This document shows positions 11,752 through 26,700 of a stretch of DNA of 64,000 nucleotides, one piece after another. Both the position numbers and the translations under genes were made by a program. This DNA is from Antedon mediterranea. Its lineage: Eukaryota > Animalia > Echinodermata. The stretch covers positions 3,844,001-3,908,000 of the forward strand of contig NC_092680.1 of assembly GCF_964355755.1 (NCBI RefSeq), given 5' to 3'. The first letter of the stretch is position 1; each line of letters opens with the position of its first letter. Below the pieces are notes generated by a model, which saw only the letters and a program-made list of their open reading frames with translations, searched no databases and was not told the origin of the DNA.

Positions 11752-14700
11752 TCATACTTCATGTGTGTTCCTCATGTGTACAATTTGCTGTAGTGCATTT
11801 TGAATGGCTGGATCCATGTTACCCTAAAAGTAGAAATTAGGAATTAATAAACTAAATAGTTTTTTATTATTTATTTATAGTGGGAGACCTCTTCAGTCAA
11901 AGGATGGTCTTCCAGAGGGCCCAGCTATGATCAGTGGCTGTGATGTCCTAGTACATACATTTATAGTAGTATATATTTTTTAAGATATTGTATACAAAAT
12001 TAAATCCATTAAAAAATATAAATTAATAGTCAAATATTCCATCACACAAAATGTTAATTTAAGTAAATAAAACATGTGTTATTTACCTGTACGGCACTGA
12101 GAAGATGAGAGCGATATGTTGCAATCATGTTGTCATGATGTCGCAATATTTCATCCATTTCTTGTTCCATCTTTTTTATTTGTTTTTGAAGTGAGATATC
12201 ATCTATATATTTTCCACTTCCATGTTTTTGTCTTCTCCAAAACTCCTCTTCATTCCGTAACCGATTCAACTCATCCTTCAGTTTTCTCATTTCTTCCGTT
12301 TCCTCCTCCTCGTGAATGCTCTTAACGTTTGAGCTTCTCGTTTCTGCGAGCTTTAAAACTTTGTCTTTAAGTTCATTGTTCTCGGCAAGTAATTCAACAA
12401 ATCTTTGAGCTTCCTCCGTTTTTCTTTCAAGCGCTAGTTTATAACTTGCGATGGCTTCTTTTAATTTATCGTTCTCCCCTTGAAGTTTCTTCATAAACTG
12501 CGCGTTGTTCTCAATACGGCTTTTCTCCACAGTTGCCAATTTCTTTGTCTTTTCAACCTCCTGTTCGTATTTGGTGCATTTTCCTTCCAATGTTCTTACA
12601 GTTTCCTGAAGCATCCAGTTCTCTTTCAACAAATCCTCAAGTTTCAGATGTTGTTCGTTATGATTGGAGATAGACAACTCTTGCTTCTTAACAAGTTCCT
12701 CCAATTGTCGATGCTCAATAATAACTTCTTCTAATTTCTCTCGATCATCTTCAAAATCGTCAATTTGCGATTGTAATGAATTTACTTTCACCTCTAATCC
12801 ATCTCTCTCTTTTATCATTTCTTGAATTATATTTTTATCGGAATCAGTCTTTTCTGTTAGATCAATTATCAAATCTTCTTGTTCTTGGAGTTTTTCTCTC
12901 AAAGACCTGTTCTTAATTTCTGATCTTTCTAACTGTTCTCTGACACCTTTCCTGCCAATTTCTTTCTCTTGCGTCAGTAGTTCATGCAAGTCTTCATTTT
13001 CCTGTTCTTTCTCTGCCAACGATCGATTCAATATTTCGATCTCTGACGCCTGATCAGCAAGAACTTCGCTGTGTTTGCTCATGACCTCTTCAAGTTCGCT
13101 CTTTTCATCCAGCACTTCCTTATACTGTGCCACGGGAATGCTAGGAGTATTGCTTCCTATTTGCTGGTGGGAGTATATTGACATGACACGAGCATTCTCC
13201 TCCATAAGCTCAGCTAACTGTAACAAAAAAGAAAAGTATTCATTATTATTAATAGGTTCCATAATTATGTATTAATTTAGGTAATTAAATATAGAATTCC
13301 CAGTACAGAAAAACACATCTTCTAAATTTATTTACTTCCTATCAAAACTAATGATGATTATTAAAAAACATAAAAGGAGTGAAAGAAAAAGAAAACAATA
13401 TTGTTAATCACCATCATGTTATCTGATTTTGTAATAATTTGTTTTACTCTCGTAAATACAATGATTAATTTCTCTTTCATGAAAAAATTTCTTATTTATT
13501 ATACAATTAACGATAAATTTCCAAAAATATCCTACCCTTTTGTCCATTTCCATTCTCTCGTCTTTTAAATCACAGATTATTTTATTCAGCTGCGATGTCT
13601 CAGAGATATTTGCTTCTCTCATTTCTTCAAAGTCTGTGATTGGTACCACAGACCGGTTCTCAAGTTTCGAGAGGTCATCTTGGAGTTGAGTGACCTGACC
13701 TTCTAGCTCAGTAATACGCATGTCGCTGGTGTCTTTCAATTTTAAGTAGTCCTCCGTGGGAACCAGTGATGGTGAGTGGAATGGACTGTTGGAACCACTT
13801 GAATTATTCTGAAATTGAAAATAATAATTTTAATTAAAAAATAGTACCACGCCGAGAGTGTTAAAGAGTCGCTATCCAATTGACTTTGAACAATACCATG
13901 AAATCCAAGTGGTCTAATGGTTAGGACATTTGCATATCAAGCAGAAGGTTCCAGGTTCGAATCTCGGTTGAGGCGGATTTTTCTCATTCTCACAGATTTC
14001 CTCATCTTATCGTTTCAAATTAATTAATACATTTTCAGTATATCCCCGGGCAGTTAAAAATTTGTGATGTGTTTATATGTATATATAAATTTGTATACCC
14101 AATTAGTATAAAACAAGTACCAAACATTTTCACACAGTAGTCATCCAAAGCAATAAAGCCTGTCTAAGCAATATATTAAAATATTCTTAAAGGATACCTG
14201 TCAAATATTAAAATGTCCATTTATAGACTTACGCATTAACTCATGGGATTTCAATATAATAGTATGTTAACTATGATTTAAAAAATAGGACAAGGTTGCT
14301 ATGGTTCTGGGTGTATCCTCATTACTCATGCATGAATCAGATTATTAATCAATAGAGGGCAGGCTCTGTGAGGTCAACTGTCCTACTTTAAAAAACAAAT
14401 TTATTTATTTATTTAGGCAAATTGCCAAGGATAACCATAAGCGAAATTAATTCACTATCCTTTTTAAAGGTGGTAATCCTCTTCACAAGACAAACATATA
14501 CACAAGATACTCTACATAGACAAAGTCTTATTACAAGTCTTTGAGAGTGGAGTTGTATATCACCATTAGAACAAATCCTGACATGACAGGATTTGAACAC
14601 AGGACCATTCGATCATAACCACCAAACCAAACTCCACTTTTGAACGGATTATGGTGGGGTATTTGGAGAATTTTTCCCTTTTCGTATCATAATAGTACTT

Positions 14701-17700
14701 TGGAAAACTAGTACATTAGTAGATCAAAATTTAAGATGATGTCTTTACCTCATTCTTCATTCTTAAAGTTGCATTTTCCTCCTTCAACGAAGCAATCTGA
14801 TTGGACAACATCACCAACTTATCTGAGTCGTTCTTCCGTGGCATTATTACATGAGCTTTTCCTAATGTTGGATTTACACCTACATTTAGCACAAAAGAAA
14901 AAAACATTTTTTTTTTGTTTTCTCTTCAGAATGCGGTTGTACCATAAATATTGAAATGTCAAGACATTCTAAACCATACTTTATCTCTTTTTGGCGAACA
15001 TGTACTGCAAACATAACTTTTCTAATGAGTATTTCCCACGCAAACTTTCAAACAATACACTTCTTTTTGTGATTAATATAAAAATATTTATAAAGATAAT
15101 GGAAATAATGGCAATGGCCAAAACAATTACAACTCTTCTGCCAAAATATGGCTTTAATTTAATTAGTGCATAAACCTAGGTGGCCTACAAAATCATCGTT
15201 TTCCCACAGGGGAGTCACGTAATACTATTTAAGTATAGTGAATCCAAGCGAACAATTCTGATTGGTTATCATAAATACAGTATTAGAGAATGTTGTCATT
15301 GAACTTAATTATTAAGTTAATTGAGTTATAACATGATCAGAACTAGGTTGATCTCTAGAACAGGCATAATAATAATGTCTTCTTAAATAGAAAACAATTA
15401 TTATTGTAATGTCATTACTATTTTGTATTCTATTGAAAGAGAAACTATAGAAATACTGAAGGGATATTTTTATAGTCGATTGAACTAATACAAATTCAAA
15501 GTTTCTATTCAAGCTTTCACTATTAAGTTAAGCTCTGTCTACACTATCAAACTAGTTTGACAAAAGTATGATGTGCCCAAATATGGTAGTAATATGCCCA
15601 AATATGGAACATTTTTTTTGTCACAAAGTTTTAAAGTGTAGACAGAGCGTAAGACACTAACATATAATATTAATAGTCTGTCAATTATAGATATAAAAAA
15701 TTTAGTTCATAATTTCATTTCAGCTGTCAAAAGGGGATAAGCACAACCCCTCTAGATCCGTACCGGGAGAAGCATTTATTCATATAATACTACTATTGTA
15801 ATATAGTTATTAAATAGAAGACATTCTAGAGATAATTAAGAAATGTAAGATGATTAATTAATACAAATCTAAAATTTAGAATGAGTTTTTATTCAAGTTT
15901 TCATCCATTGTACAAACACTAGTAACCCATTTGATTTACCAAAAGATGTCTTTCTCAAACATTTCCTTTCACTCGACACTTTGTTTATTTCTACAGGGAG
16001 TGCTGCTAATTTAACTGACTGTACCATCCAAGTTAATTGAGTTTATGTGACATAATCTGTTTATTACCTGGCAAATCAAAAAGGTCTTCATCACTGTCTC
16101 CCCAGCTATCATCCTTATCAGCTTCCTCGTCCATGTCCTCTGCTGCCTGTTAAATAACACATTTATAATTATCTATACATTTGTATATGTTTGTATGGTG
16201 AAACATACACAACAGAAAATTGGAATAACAATTATGTGTATTTGGTAAAAATACATTGGTCGAATTTGTCCAATAGTATATGTTTGGTGAAAATACATTG
16301 GCCGAATTTGTCAACCAGACAAATTTGTCATTTTACATTTTTAATTTAGATACGCGGTTTTATCAATTTGTCAATAGTAGACTGTTCATTATTATAAAAC
16401 AAAACTGAAATATTGAATGTGTATGAGTGACGTCAACATTGTTGTTCATGTTCGTCATAGAACAATTACTCTCACAATATAGACACTTTTAGGTTGGAAT
16501 AGTATTTGTTGTTTTCTAGAAATTCTGATATTCAGAATGCATTTGTAATGGTAAAATAATTATTTGGACCACAAGAAAAATCTAGGTTTAGAGTCAGGAT
16601 TTGACTGTATTATTAAAAAACTATTAAGCTGTTGGTGATACACCATCACCGCTAAATGGGATCATTTTCTTACTATAAATAATCCTCATTAATAACAACA
16701 ATTTAATGTAATACATTTGTTCAGTGCTATGCCTAATGCTTGCTCCTGGTTAGAGTGTGCTTTGATATAACATGCCGAATCAATATCATTATTATTATTA
16801 TTATAACAAACCTCAAAGGCTGCTAGTCTTGCTTTGAGATTAGTAATTTCTTCACTAGTCTCTAACTTCTTTTCTTGTTCTTTATCAAGTTGATGTCTGA
16901 GTTGAACAACCTGACAAGTGAAAATAGTTAGTATTATTAGTAAAAGTTATATACTGTTAGCATTGTTGAAATATACCCTAGAAAACTATAAATGCCCAAG
17001 TTATTTTTATGAGGTCATTTCATCCCAATTTCAAGTTCCTACAACCTACTAGCCATCCGGGCTTAAAGGATACTTTGGATAGCCCGGAGCTGTTTTTCCT
17101 AGCCATAGTACGCCGGGCTAGTACATTTTTCATAATTGCTAGAAAATGTTGAAACTACCCGGTTTCCTGGTTTCTTTCTGTAAATTCAACTTTTATAGAA
17201 TTAACAAATTGATATCATCGGAAATTTATTAGTATAAATTTATTTATTCATAATTTTTGTTAGTAATAGAAGAATTAAAAACAACAAATTTATGATAAAT
17301 TATGATAATTTATGATAATTTATGATAACCACAATTTAAATTGAAAATAATATACTTTATGATTCACTTGCACTTTCCAAAAGCAAGTGAATCATAAAAT
17401 ATATTCTTTAATTCGATTCATTGGAATATGAAAATAAAAAAATTCTATAATTTGGCATTGCTTGTACTAAAAGCGTGAGAATATAGATAAAAGTTACTCA
17501 TCGTATATCATTTATCATATATCATTGTTTAAAATTGATGAATAACATCAAAGCAACTGCATGTTGCATTTTAATGTCTTTCTTTAATTCTAATCATTTC
17601 ATTAGAGTTACTATATTCATGCCATTACAGTAAAATGCTAATTTGTATACCTCTATTCAGGGGACAAACTATTTAAGGGAATATTTTTAGTGAAAAGAAC

Positions 17701-20700
17701 AAGGGGTGTTTTTAAAAAGGCCAACCTCTACTAAGGCGACACTTTCTGTGCAACAAACAAGAAGCAATGACAAATCCTATTCATGACACATCAATTAATG
17801 GAACACTCCTTTGGTCCTGAAGGTTCCCCTTCAACGGGTTAATCTGTCTACAATGCCATTTTTGGTATTTTTTAAAAACATTTTCATATTAACAAACAAC
17901 ATTTTTGATATAATTTTCAATATAAAATAAGATTAAAATTGTATACATACCAGTTCTTCAGTATTATCTGAATTTTTTCCCTGGAAAAATAATTAAATGA
18001 ATTATTAATAAAGGTTGATGAATTTAAAAAAAGGAATATCCTTAAAATAATTATGTACATATACTGTAGACATATTTTTATTAAAAAGTAGTAGTGTAGT
18101 TGGTTGGGAGGGTGTTTGGGGGCAAAATTTGGGATTGGTTTTAGGAAGTGGGGTCCACGGAAGCTTAATGTTGGAGAGCATAATGTGCCTTTCATTCATG
18201 TACAGAAACCATTGTTAACTTATGATGCATAATGTATTTTGGAGTGCTTCCCTTCTATGGGTAAGTGCCAAATTGAAAATTGCATTCTCATTCTAAATTT
18301 AATTGAATATTATTTATTTTTATAACAATTAAAAAAAAAATGTTATTAAAGATTAGTAGCAGGACCATCTGTAATGTATTTAAATATTATCTATTTGGCA
18401 GCAAATGGTGACATTTTAAATAAAATATATATTAATATATAGATAATAAATGTTTATCCAGGTATCCAAAAAGTGTATAACCTAATTATCAAATTATTGT
18501 GAAAGACCTAGGAATGGTTTCTTGCGAATTATCGTTCACATTGCCCCTAGGTATTTGTGTAATGCACAGGCCTTGCTGTTAGTATTAGCGCGCCATAACC
18601 TCCACAGTGTTATTAATACGGTCATTCATTAATTAACTTAGAATTGAAGGTTGATTTAGACTAACGTTTGCTGCCTTACAATAATCATGGCACCATTCAC
18701 ACTACTCGCAACAAGAAATTGTTATTAATGTCAATTTTAATTCATCAAACATAATATTAAAAGTAATTTAATTTTGTTTTTGTATTCAGAGAATATAAAA
18801 CAAACATCTATAAAAAAAAAATTAAATATGCTGTACAATCACAATAAATAAAACTGTACAATTCGTAATTTATATATCATTTTCTTATATGGGAAACCAA
18901 TCAATGTAGTTATATAGTTATTCAGTTCACTTTTTTCCCCTCCCTTCCAGTTTGTTTGCCTTGTTTTTTGTGTCATTTTTTTTATATGAGGAAAAAAAAA
19001 ATAAAACTCTTTTAAAATCAGACTTTAATATTCTTTGAAAAGCATCATAAACCTAGACTCCGCCCAGTTTCTTTCATACTTTTTGAAATCTTGAGACTAG
19101 GCTTCTACCCAGAAAACAGGACATTTCGAGGCTGCTGGTTTTAAATATATCATAAAAAGCATATTTACATTTTGCTGTTGTTCTTCTAGAAGTCTTTGCA
19201 ACATCTTTACTTTCTCTTGTGATTTACTTAATGTTATATTCATCGTACTCAGCTCTTCATGCAATAATTCATTCTCTTCTTCCAATTCCTGAAAAAAATG
19301 TATACCAACAAATAATAAATATTTTTCAATTTTGAAACAGTTTTGATGTATTGTATTATTGTATATATTTCGTCGACCATCCATCAAATATGTCATCTTG
19401 TCCTTCGATTGTAATTATTTGGGTAATGACCGGATGTGTGCTTATTTCTAATTGGTTAAAATGTGATGTTCATGATAGGCTGTCAGACTACAAGACGGCA
19501 CCAGTTGGTTACAGAAATAATCATTTCAATAAAGAAAATTTGATTATGTTTAAAAATGAATTGTCTGGATTAATGTATCATTTTTCTATGACTTTATTAT
19601 TCATCATGTTTGGCAAAGCCAAAAAATAAGCAGATAAACCCCATTTACAATTTGGGCCAGCCCAGAGCCGACCTTGGGTAAGTGTAAACACTGTATAAAG
19701 TTAGACCAGCCCTGGACCGGATGCAAATCTGGACCACCTCTCGAGTAGGTCCAGAAGGGGCTTTTGGGCAGGCTTATCCAGTGAACCGTGACCAATGGCT
19801 TGAGAAAATGAAGTAAATGTCCCCTTGATAAATTTGTCCCGTGAATAGAGGTTGGCCATTGGTTGATTTCAAGGGAATGTATCACTAATTTCAGTATAAC
19901 CGTAGTAGATACAAGTTTTCACCCTAGTAGTGGTAAAAATATATTGCCCCTCATTTATTTTTAGTAAAGTTTCCCCTTTAGCAAGGTAAAGAAATGTAAA
20001 CAACCATTTTAAAAGAACTTCTTGTATGTAGAATTTTTTTTTTTGCTTTGCTAATGAACTACATTATAGGCAATATCCTGTGTGGATTAACATTAATTTC
20101 AGTGTTATTAGAAGATTGTTAGAAAGTGTAAATTTGTATTGAATCAAATCTGTACATTCCTATGTGTACATACCTTGTCTTATTATTCTATCTACTTTCA
20201 ATTTAATACTCATACAGAGAATTTTGTTAGATTTATATAGAAATGAACTAAACACTTTACTATAGAACGGATTGTACTATTATTTTTTGTTTTATTCAAT
20301 ATATTACACAGAGGCACACTTTAGATAACAAATACAACATTTTAAAACAAAAAACTAACAGAAACATCAATCAAATCTTCCAGAATTAACAAGAAATTGT
20401 TGTACTATTACATAGGTCAAGCTTACTTGTAATACTTGGCGATTTGGCGACTCTAAATTACTTAAAAGTTTCTACTCAGTGCTAACATTTTAGGGTAGCT
20501 CAATGAGAAAAAGTCAGTTTGATTTGAGTGAATTTTTTCACTCTAGCTCCCCCCCCCCCCCCGTCGGGGAACACGGGTACTTTTTGTCGGGGAATATAGT
20601 ATACAGTAAAAAACGTTCGCTCGTAGCTAGCTAGCTTCAGCGCCTAGAAAACCGCGACGTTTCATTGACCGTGAGAGTACGTCAGAGTGATATTATGCAC

Positions 20701-23700
20701 TTTATATGCATTCATTATTGCCAGCGATCTAACTTACTACTAAACATTAGCTAGGTACGCACTTGTCTGGCGGTATCCCTTTGTACGAATCGTTCAACGT
20801 TGGGTCGAGACGCGTGATATCAAGTTTCATCCAGGGACCAAAATGTGTAATGTGTTATTTTCCAGGCGAAGTTTACAGACGGTTAAGTCGTGTACTGCGT
20901 CGACGTACGCTACACTACAGCAAAAACGAATTATGTTAATTGTTCGTTTGTTCACCAATTTTTTAATTTACAAGTAACCTTCTGTACCGTGGGGCACCTA
21001 AAATAAATTTTTCATCCATTACTAAACAAAAAAACATGCCATTTTCGCTTAGCCAACATTATAGCTATAGTTATTACATTTTCAATATCCTGTATGTCAT
21101 GAATTTCTCACCACTCGGAAGTCCAGATGGTACGCATGCATACACCTGGGAGGAATAAACTTACAGTATTTCCCCGACTGAAAAAGGTCTATGCTTGCGT
21201 TTTTTAAGCCTCTAGGCCTGATGTTTCAAAAGTATAAAATGCAATTTTTTGAAGACCTGCAGCTCTAGTTTTAAACATTTGCTTAGCTCATGCCCCAACA
21301 ATAAAGCTGGTCATATTTCGAAGAACAAGAAGTACATTTCCCGGGACCTAACATCTCTATTTTTCAAACATTTCTTAGCTCAGTCACAACCATGATAGGG
21401 ACTTATATATTTTTTTTCATGTTTTGAAGTATAATAAGTCCAATTTCCGGGACCTCCAACTCTATTTTTCTAAATTTTCTTTGAACTTTTATTTTTTAAA
21501 TTGAAAAATATGGATTGAAACAGTCATCGCGCATCGTTTTTTTGCACGCAGTATTTTATTTATGCATTATAAAAATGGAAAAAATGGCTACCCTAAATCT
21601 GATTAAAAAGACCTCAAATGACGCTAGAACGCGTTGCTTCCGAGGGCTTTGTCCCCTGGACCCCCACCGGGGGCCCTTGGCGGCCCCCTGGCCCCAAGCC
21701 TAGTGATGCTCGCATAGCCCCCTCGTCGGGGAATGTAGCCCCCGCGTCGGGAAGATCCTGCCGCCACCCCTGCTGAGTTGGCCTCATCATGAAAGCGTTA
21801 AGTTCTGGTGTCCATCGTTCAACTAGCCCAAGCCACAACAGAGAGTCTTAAATCAGTCTTTAGAACGTCAAATAACGTTCCCTGACCGGGGGCCCTTGGC
21901 GGCCCCCTGGCCCCCAGCCATTGTTGCTCGCTTCCCTCGCCCTCCCCCGTTATAAATGCTGCATACGGCCCTGAGACCGTCCACGAGAGGTCAGTCGCCG
22001 CGAGCTACTTACTGTAGGTAGTGCATTGTTTCTCACTTTTTATCATAATTTACCATAAAACGTACATTTAAGACAATGAATGACCTGGTTTAATGTTTTT
22101 AAAGTAATATATATGTATTATTTTTACAAAACGTCACAAATTGTAGGGAAGGTGTCTTTAAAGATTTAGAATATTCTCCATGCTTGCCAATAAGTTTTTT
22201 ATATAAGTAATAGTAGACTGTACATCAAACTATAACACTCTTAACTAATAATAATAATTTTAGCAGTGAAGGTGGATGGAGCCTTCTGTTATGTATAAAT
22301 GAAACATTTTGGTTGTAATCTAATAAAAACAAATCCTCTGAATAACTTCATTCCAACACGCAAGGCATTACACCATAACCCTTACGTGCTACTATTTCAA
22401 AGTAATAATGTCTTACATAAAGCAAATTAAATTTATTTTACTAAAACGAAAATCATGCCCACATTTTATAATTAACTACAGTATATAATAACACCTCTTT
22501 TTAAAGGGAGAATAAGGGGGAATGGGTGGCAATATATATGCTACTACAGCCAACCTCCATTCAGGGGACATCCCTGTTAAAGGGACACTGTGTTCCCTTA
22601 GTAGAATTTGAAGTGTATTGTATTACAGATATACCACAGTTTAGGACAGAATGTAAACACAGAAATTACTAACTTGTTAATTGGCATTAAATACAAATAT
22701 TCAATGTACAGAAAATTACACATACCTTTAATTCTCTCTCCGTGGCTGACTGAGTCGAATGATGCGAGAACTGCGAATCATTTAAAGAATCCATATCTCT
22801 AGAATCACCGTTCATAAGGTTTTTAGTAAATATGGGTGCTGTGTTCGGTACTGGCGATTCTCCACGATCTGTCATATCAAACCTATCGATAAAGTCCACA
22901 ACGTCTGGCTTCACTTCGTCAGTGTCATCATCGTTTTCTGTGGATGAAAAATGATAGCGAAGTTTAAAACGATCCCGGTTTTCAACGAACACTGTCAGCT
23001 ATACTTTCCTGTTACTAATTTCTAAGCAGGAAAACCATCATTTGTATGAAGCCTTGGCTACAATACAAAAAACTACCTACCAGAGTCATGTGACTCAGAA
23101 TCGCCCGCCTACACGACTGTGACCAGAAGTTACGGCACGTAAATGTCCATTGACATAGCTATGCGGCAATCTCAATAGGAATGCGTAACGTTTTGTTTAT
23201 AATTCAATCACTTGGCATTATGTATTAAATACACACCATACTAAGCCTAGAGACTATCCTTGCTCAGAAGCATTAAGTAATTAAATATAACAGTTTCAAA
23301 ATTGGCAGGATATTATTAAATTAGATAACAATATATTCTAACAGATAATATATTATCTTTCAATTTGATTATTTCATTGTTTGATTTATTGATTAAAGTA
23401 AACAGCAAATGTGAGATTAATTTGTCAATCATATTTTTTCATAGTCTTTTTTCTATAAAACTAAATTTTAATTGTGTACCATCTTTTTTTAAACTTTTTG
23501 TTTGTGTTTGATTTTGGATGACCCTATTGGAAATAATTCATAAATCAGGACATTTATGGACTTTCCTCCATCTATTTATCTCCCTTGCTGTTTTATGTTA
23601 TTGGTTCTTTTTTTGTTTTTTTTTTCTGACTTTTCTGACTATTTAAAAATTATAATTGTACTGTAAAAATCTCTTTTCTTTTTATTTATTTTGAGTGAAA

Positions 23701-26700
23701 TGAAAATAAAACAAATCAAATTAAAATTGCCAATAATTGATGCTAATTATTTTGTTTTACATCTGAGAGACTAGATAATAAAAAATGCATTGTTTTTGTT
23801 TATGATTTTCCTATATTGTTTTAAATACAATATCAAATATTTATAAATTCTATAGTATTAGTGTTTCATTGTCAATTTGTTTTGTGATAATAAAATGAAA
23901 AGAATGATATATTAGGAAAATCTCTAGTCAGCAGAGGCTTACTCATATTAAGCTGTTTTTGCAATATTGAAGGCCTATGCATTGTGATAGTCTTTTAAGC
24001 TCTGTCTACACTAACAAACTGTATGTAAAACAAAAATGTGATGTGCCCATATATGGACATGATGATGTCATATTACTACCATATCTTAGCATATCACTAT
24101 CATATCTGAGCATATCACAACCATATGTTTTTTTTGTCACATAATGTTTGATAGTGTAGACAAAGCTTTTATAGTCACTTAAACTAACTCAGTTCTACAC
24201 TTAAGTTTCAAATTCCAATTGTTTATTTCCCTAGAAATGGAAATAATGAAAATGAAAAAAACTTTTTAAATGATTTCTAGAATGTCTGGTCATTGTTTGC
24301 GATGCAACAAACAATTCTTAAAACATTGAACAAAAGATAGATTAATAAGAATATCATAACCGTACAGTATGACTGATGAATATAGACATTTCTTTTTTAT
24401 CAAATCAATGGTAAATACATTACATGGTCAAAACCTCCTTGCCAGTTTCTATTGAAGAAGCTGTTTCTGTACGGAATTTTAATTTAGGTTGTAGCGGTTT
24501 TTCTCATTCTCACAGATTTTCCTCATGTGTAGTGTTTAAAATTAATCAATTAATATTCAGTCCATGCGGTTTAGAATTTGTTCTGTGTCTGTTAATTAGC
24601 ATTAATAGTAATGGCACAAAGTATTAGAAAAATATATTGTCTTGGAGAAATATCCACTGTGTCTTATTAGATCACAATACTATTGAATATCACCAGTCGC
24701 ATTACTACTGTACACGCGCTATAATAAATTGTTTATGAACTTACTGACATCCCAAGTGGCTACAGAGGGCGCTTCACTCAGCAGTTTCTTAACATCGTCA
24801 TCTGTGCTTTGTTCAGCGTAATACTTGGCGTCATGACCTGTACTATCTTTGATCGTCACGTTGGCGCCACGCTTTACAAATAATTCAATCACTTCTTTGT
24901 GGCCTTTTTTACAGCTCAGTATCAAGGCAGTTCTTAACAAATTTAATAAAGTAATTAAATGTAAATGTATTGTTTCATAAATAAAAAATGTTTTTCTAAA
25001 ATAAAGAGGGCAGTATTATAGTAATAATTCATTTAAAAAAATTCATTATGTGAATAATGAATACTGCAGTAATAAATGTTACTTTCTAGAATGTTATATG
25101 TAATTAATATTAGTATTAAGCTCTTTCATACATAATAATAATACCACATTTATATAGCGCCCTTTTCATGAGTAATCGGTAGTCCAACGTCCAACACACT
25201 GCGCCACACGCCCATCAAACTTTATGTGACAAAAAAATGTGATGTGCCCATGTATGGACATGATGATGTCATATCACTACTATATTTGGGCACATCACAC
25301 TTTTTTTGACAAACTAGTTTGACTAGACAGAGCTTTATAGTACTACCTCTATTAAAAGAACTCCTTTGGAACTTAACGGATTGTCCTAATATTATGGGTG
25401 TCTAAATATAGGATGGCTATACTGTTAATTAAATATAGATTATAGATTTCTTTTTAAAAGAGGATAAATTCAGCTGAAAAGGTTACCCTCTTTAAATAAA
25501 GCTGCAGACCTTATATGAATCGTTTGTAACATGACAGATAATTAATATAACAAAAAGCACTTGGAATCTCCATTGAATGGTGGTTGGCTGTAGTGTTAAA
25601 ACATATATTTCCCCTAGTGTACCCTGAATAGGGATTTCTACTACATACCAAATTAGTATTAACACTACGAAAAGAAAATGGTTGTCAGACTGTATATTTA
25701 AAGCCAAATAACTCGGGTAAACCACGGTCAGCCAAGTTCATTGTTTGATACAATTCACTACTATCTGTCATTGTGTCAATTTTAACTGTTTTAGAAAAAT
25801 TCTCCCCCTAATTGAATGTGTCATTGTATCACGTTTTTAATATAATAATTGGCAAATCGATTGTATGAGCAATTCAACTAGCTCTCAATTATTCTGAGTG
25901 TCAACTCACTGTAATAGCTTGTCCTGATCATTGACCACAGCGCCTCTCTCAATAAGCTCACGACAAAGTTCAACATCTCCATGCTCTGCTGCATGCATCA
26001 ATGGTGTCTTACCATTCTAAGATGTAAAAAAGAAAAAAAAATTGCAATAATTTCAGTGCATTCATATGTTGTCTGAATTTAAACTGCAACAAATACTTTT
26101 AGAGTGAAGACATTTTTATAAGAATCCCACAAAGTTAATATTTTTTATTATTTATATTTAAAAAATAGAAAACAAATTTGTTTTTTTAATGCCTTTACAA
26201 AGGAATGAATGAACCCATGTCTCTCACATGCTTCTCCGATTCCTTACCATGATGTCATATTGCTCCTAATTGCCAATGTCTTTAAAGCACATAGTTCTCT
26301 TTTATAAAGACTCATATCCTGGCAATGCTAAACTAACAGTTTATACAATTTTAGATTAACAATTTAAATAAAACATAATACTGTACTTTATCCTTGGATC
26401 CAACAGGAGCGCCACCAAGAAGTAATAGTTTACACGAATCACTATGGTTACCAGCAACTAGTGAAAAAAAGATCATTATCATTATTATTTTAAAAGTATT
26501 GATAATAGTCAGAATTTAAATGGAAAGAGTTCTACTTAGATTATGGTTTGTTGTAGGAAATCACACATTAAATAGTGAGGTTTAAACAATATTATTATTA
26601 CTGTACTTAAAAGTTAGCAGGAGCACATTTTATCATACAGATTAATTATGGAACTTGGTACACATTTAGTATAGTTTGCAGTATGCTCTGTTTCCGAAGG

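Noticed and set aside
11752-11770. C-terminal PDZ-binding motif (THEV) in the RAI14-like protein
   Set aside because: Position -2 is His, not Ser/Thr, so it is not a canonical class I motif.
13903-13975. Functional tRNA gene
   Set aside because: The acceptor stem does not pair well and there is no clean terminator. It continues into a body sequence repeated at ~24495, so it is a SINE head.
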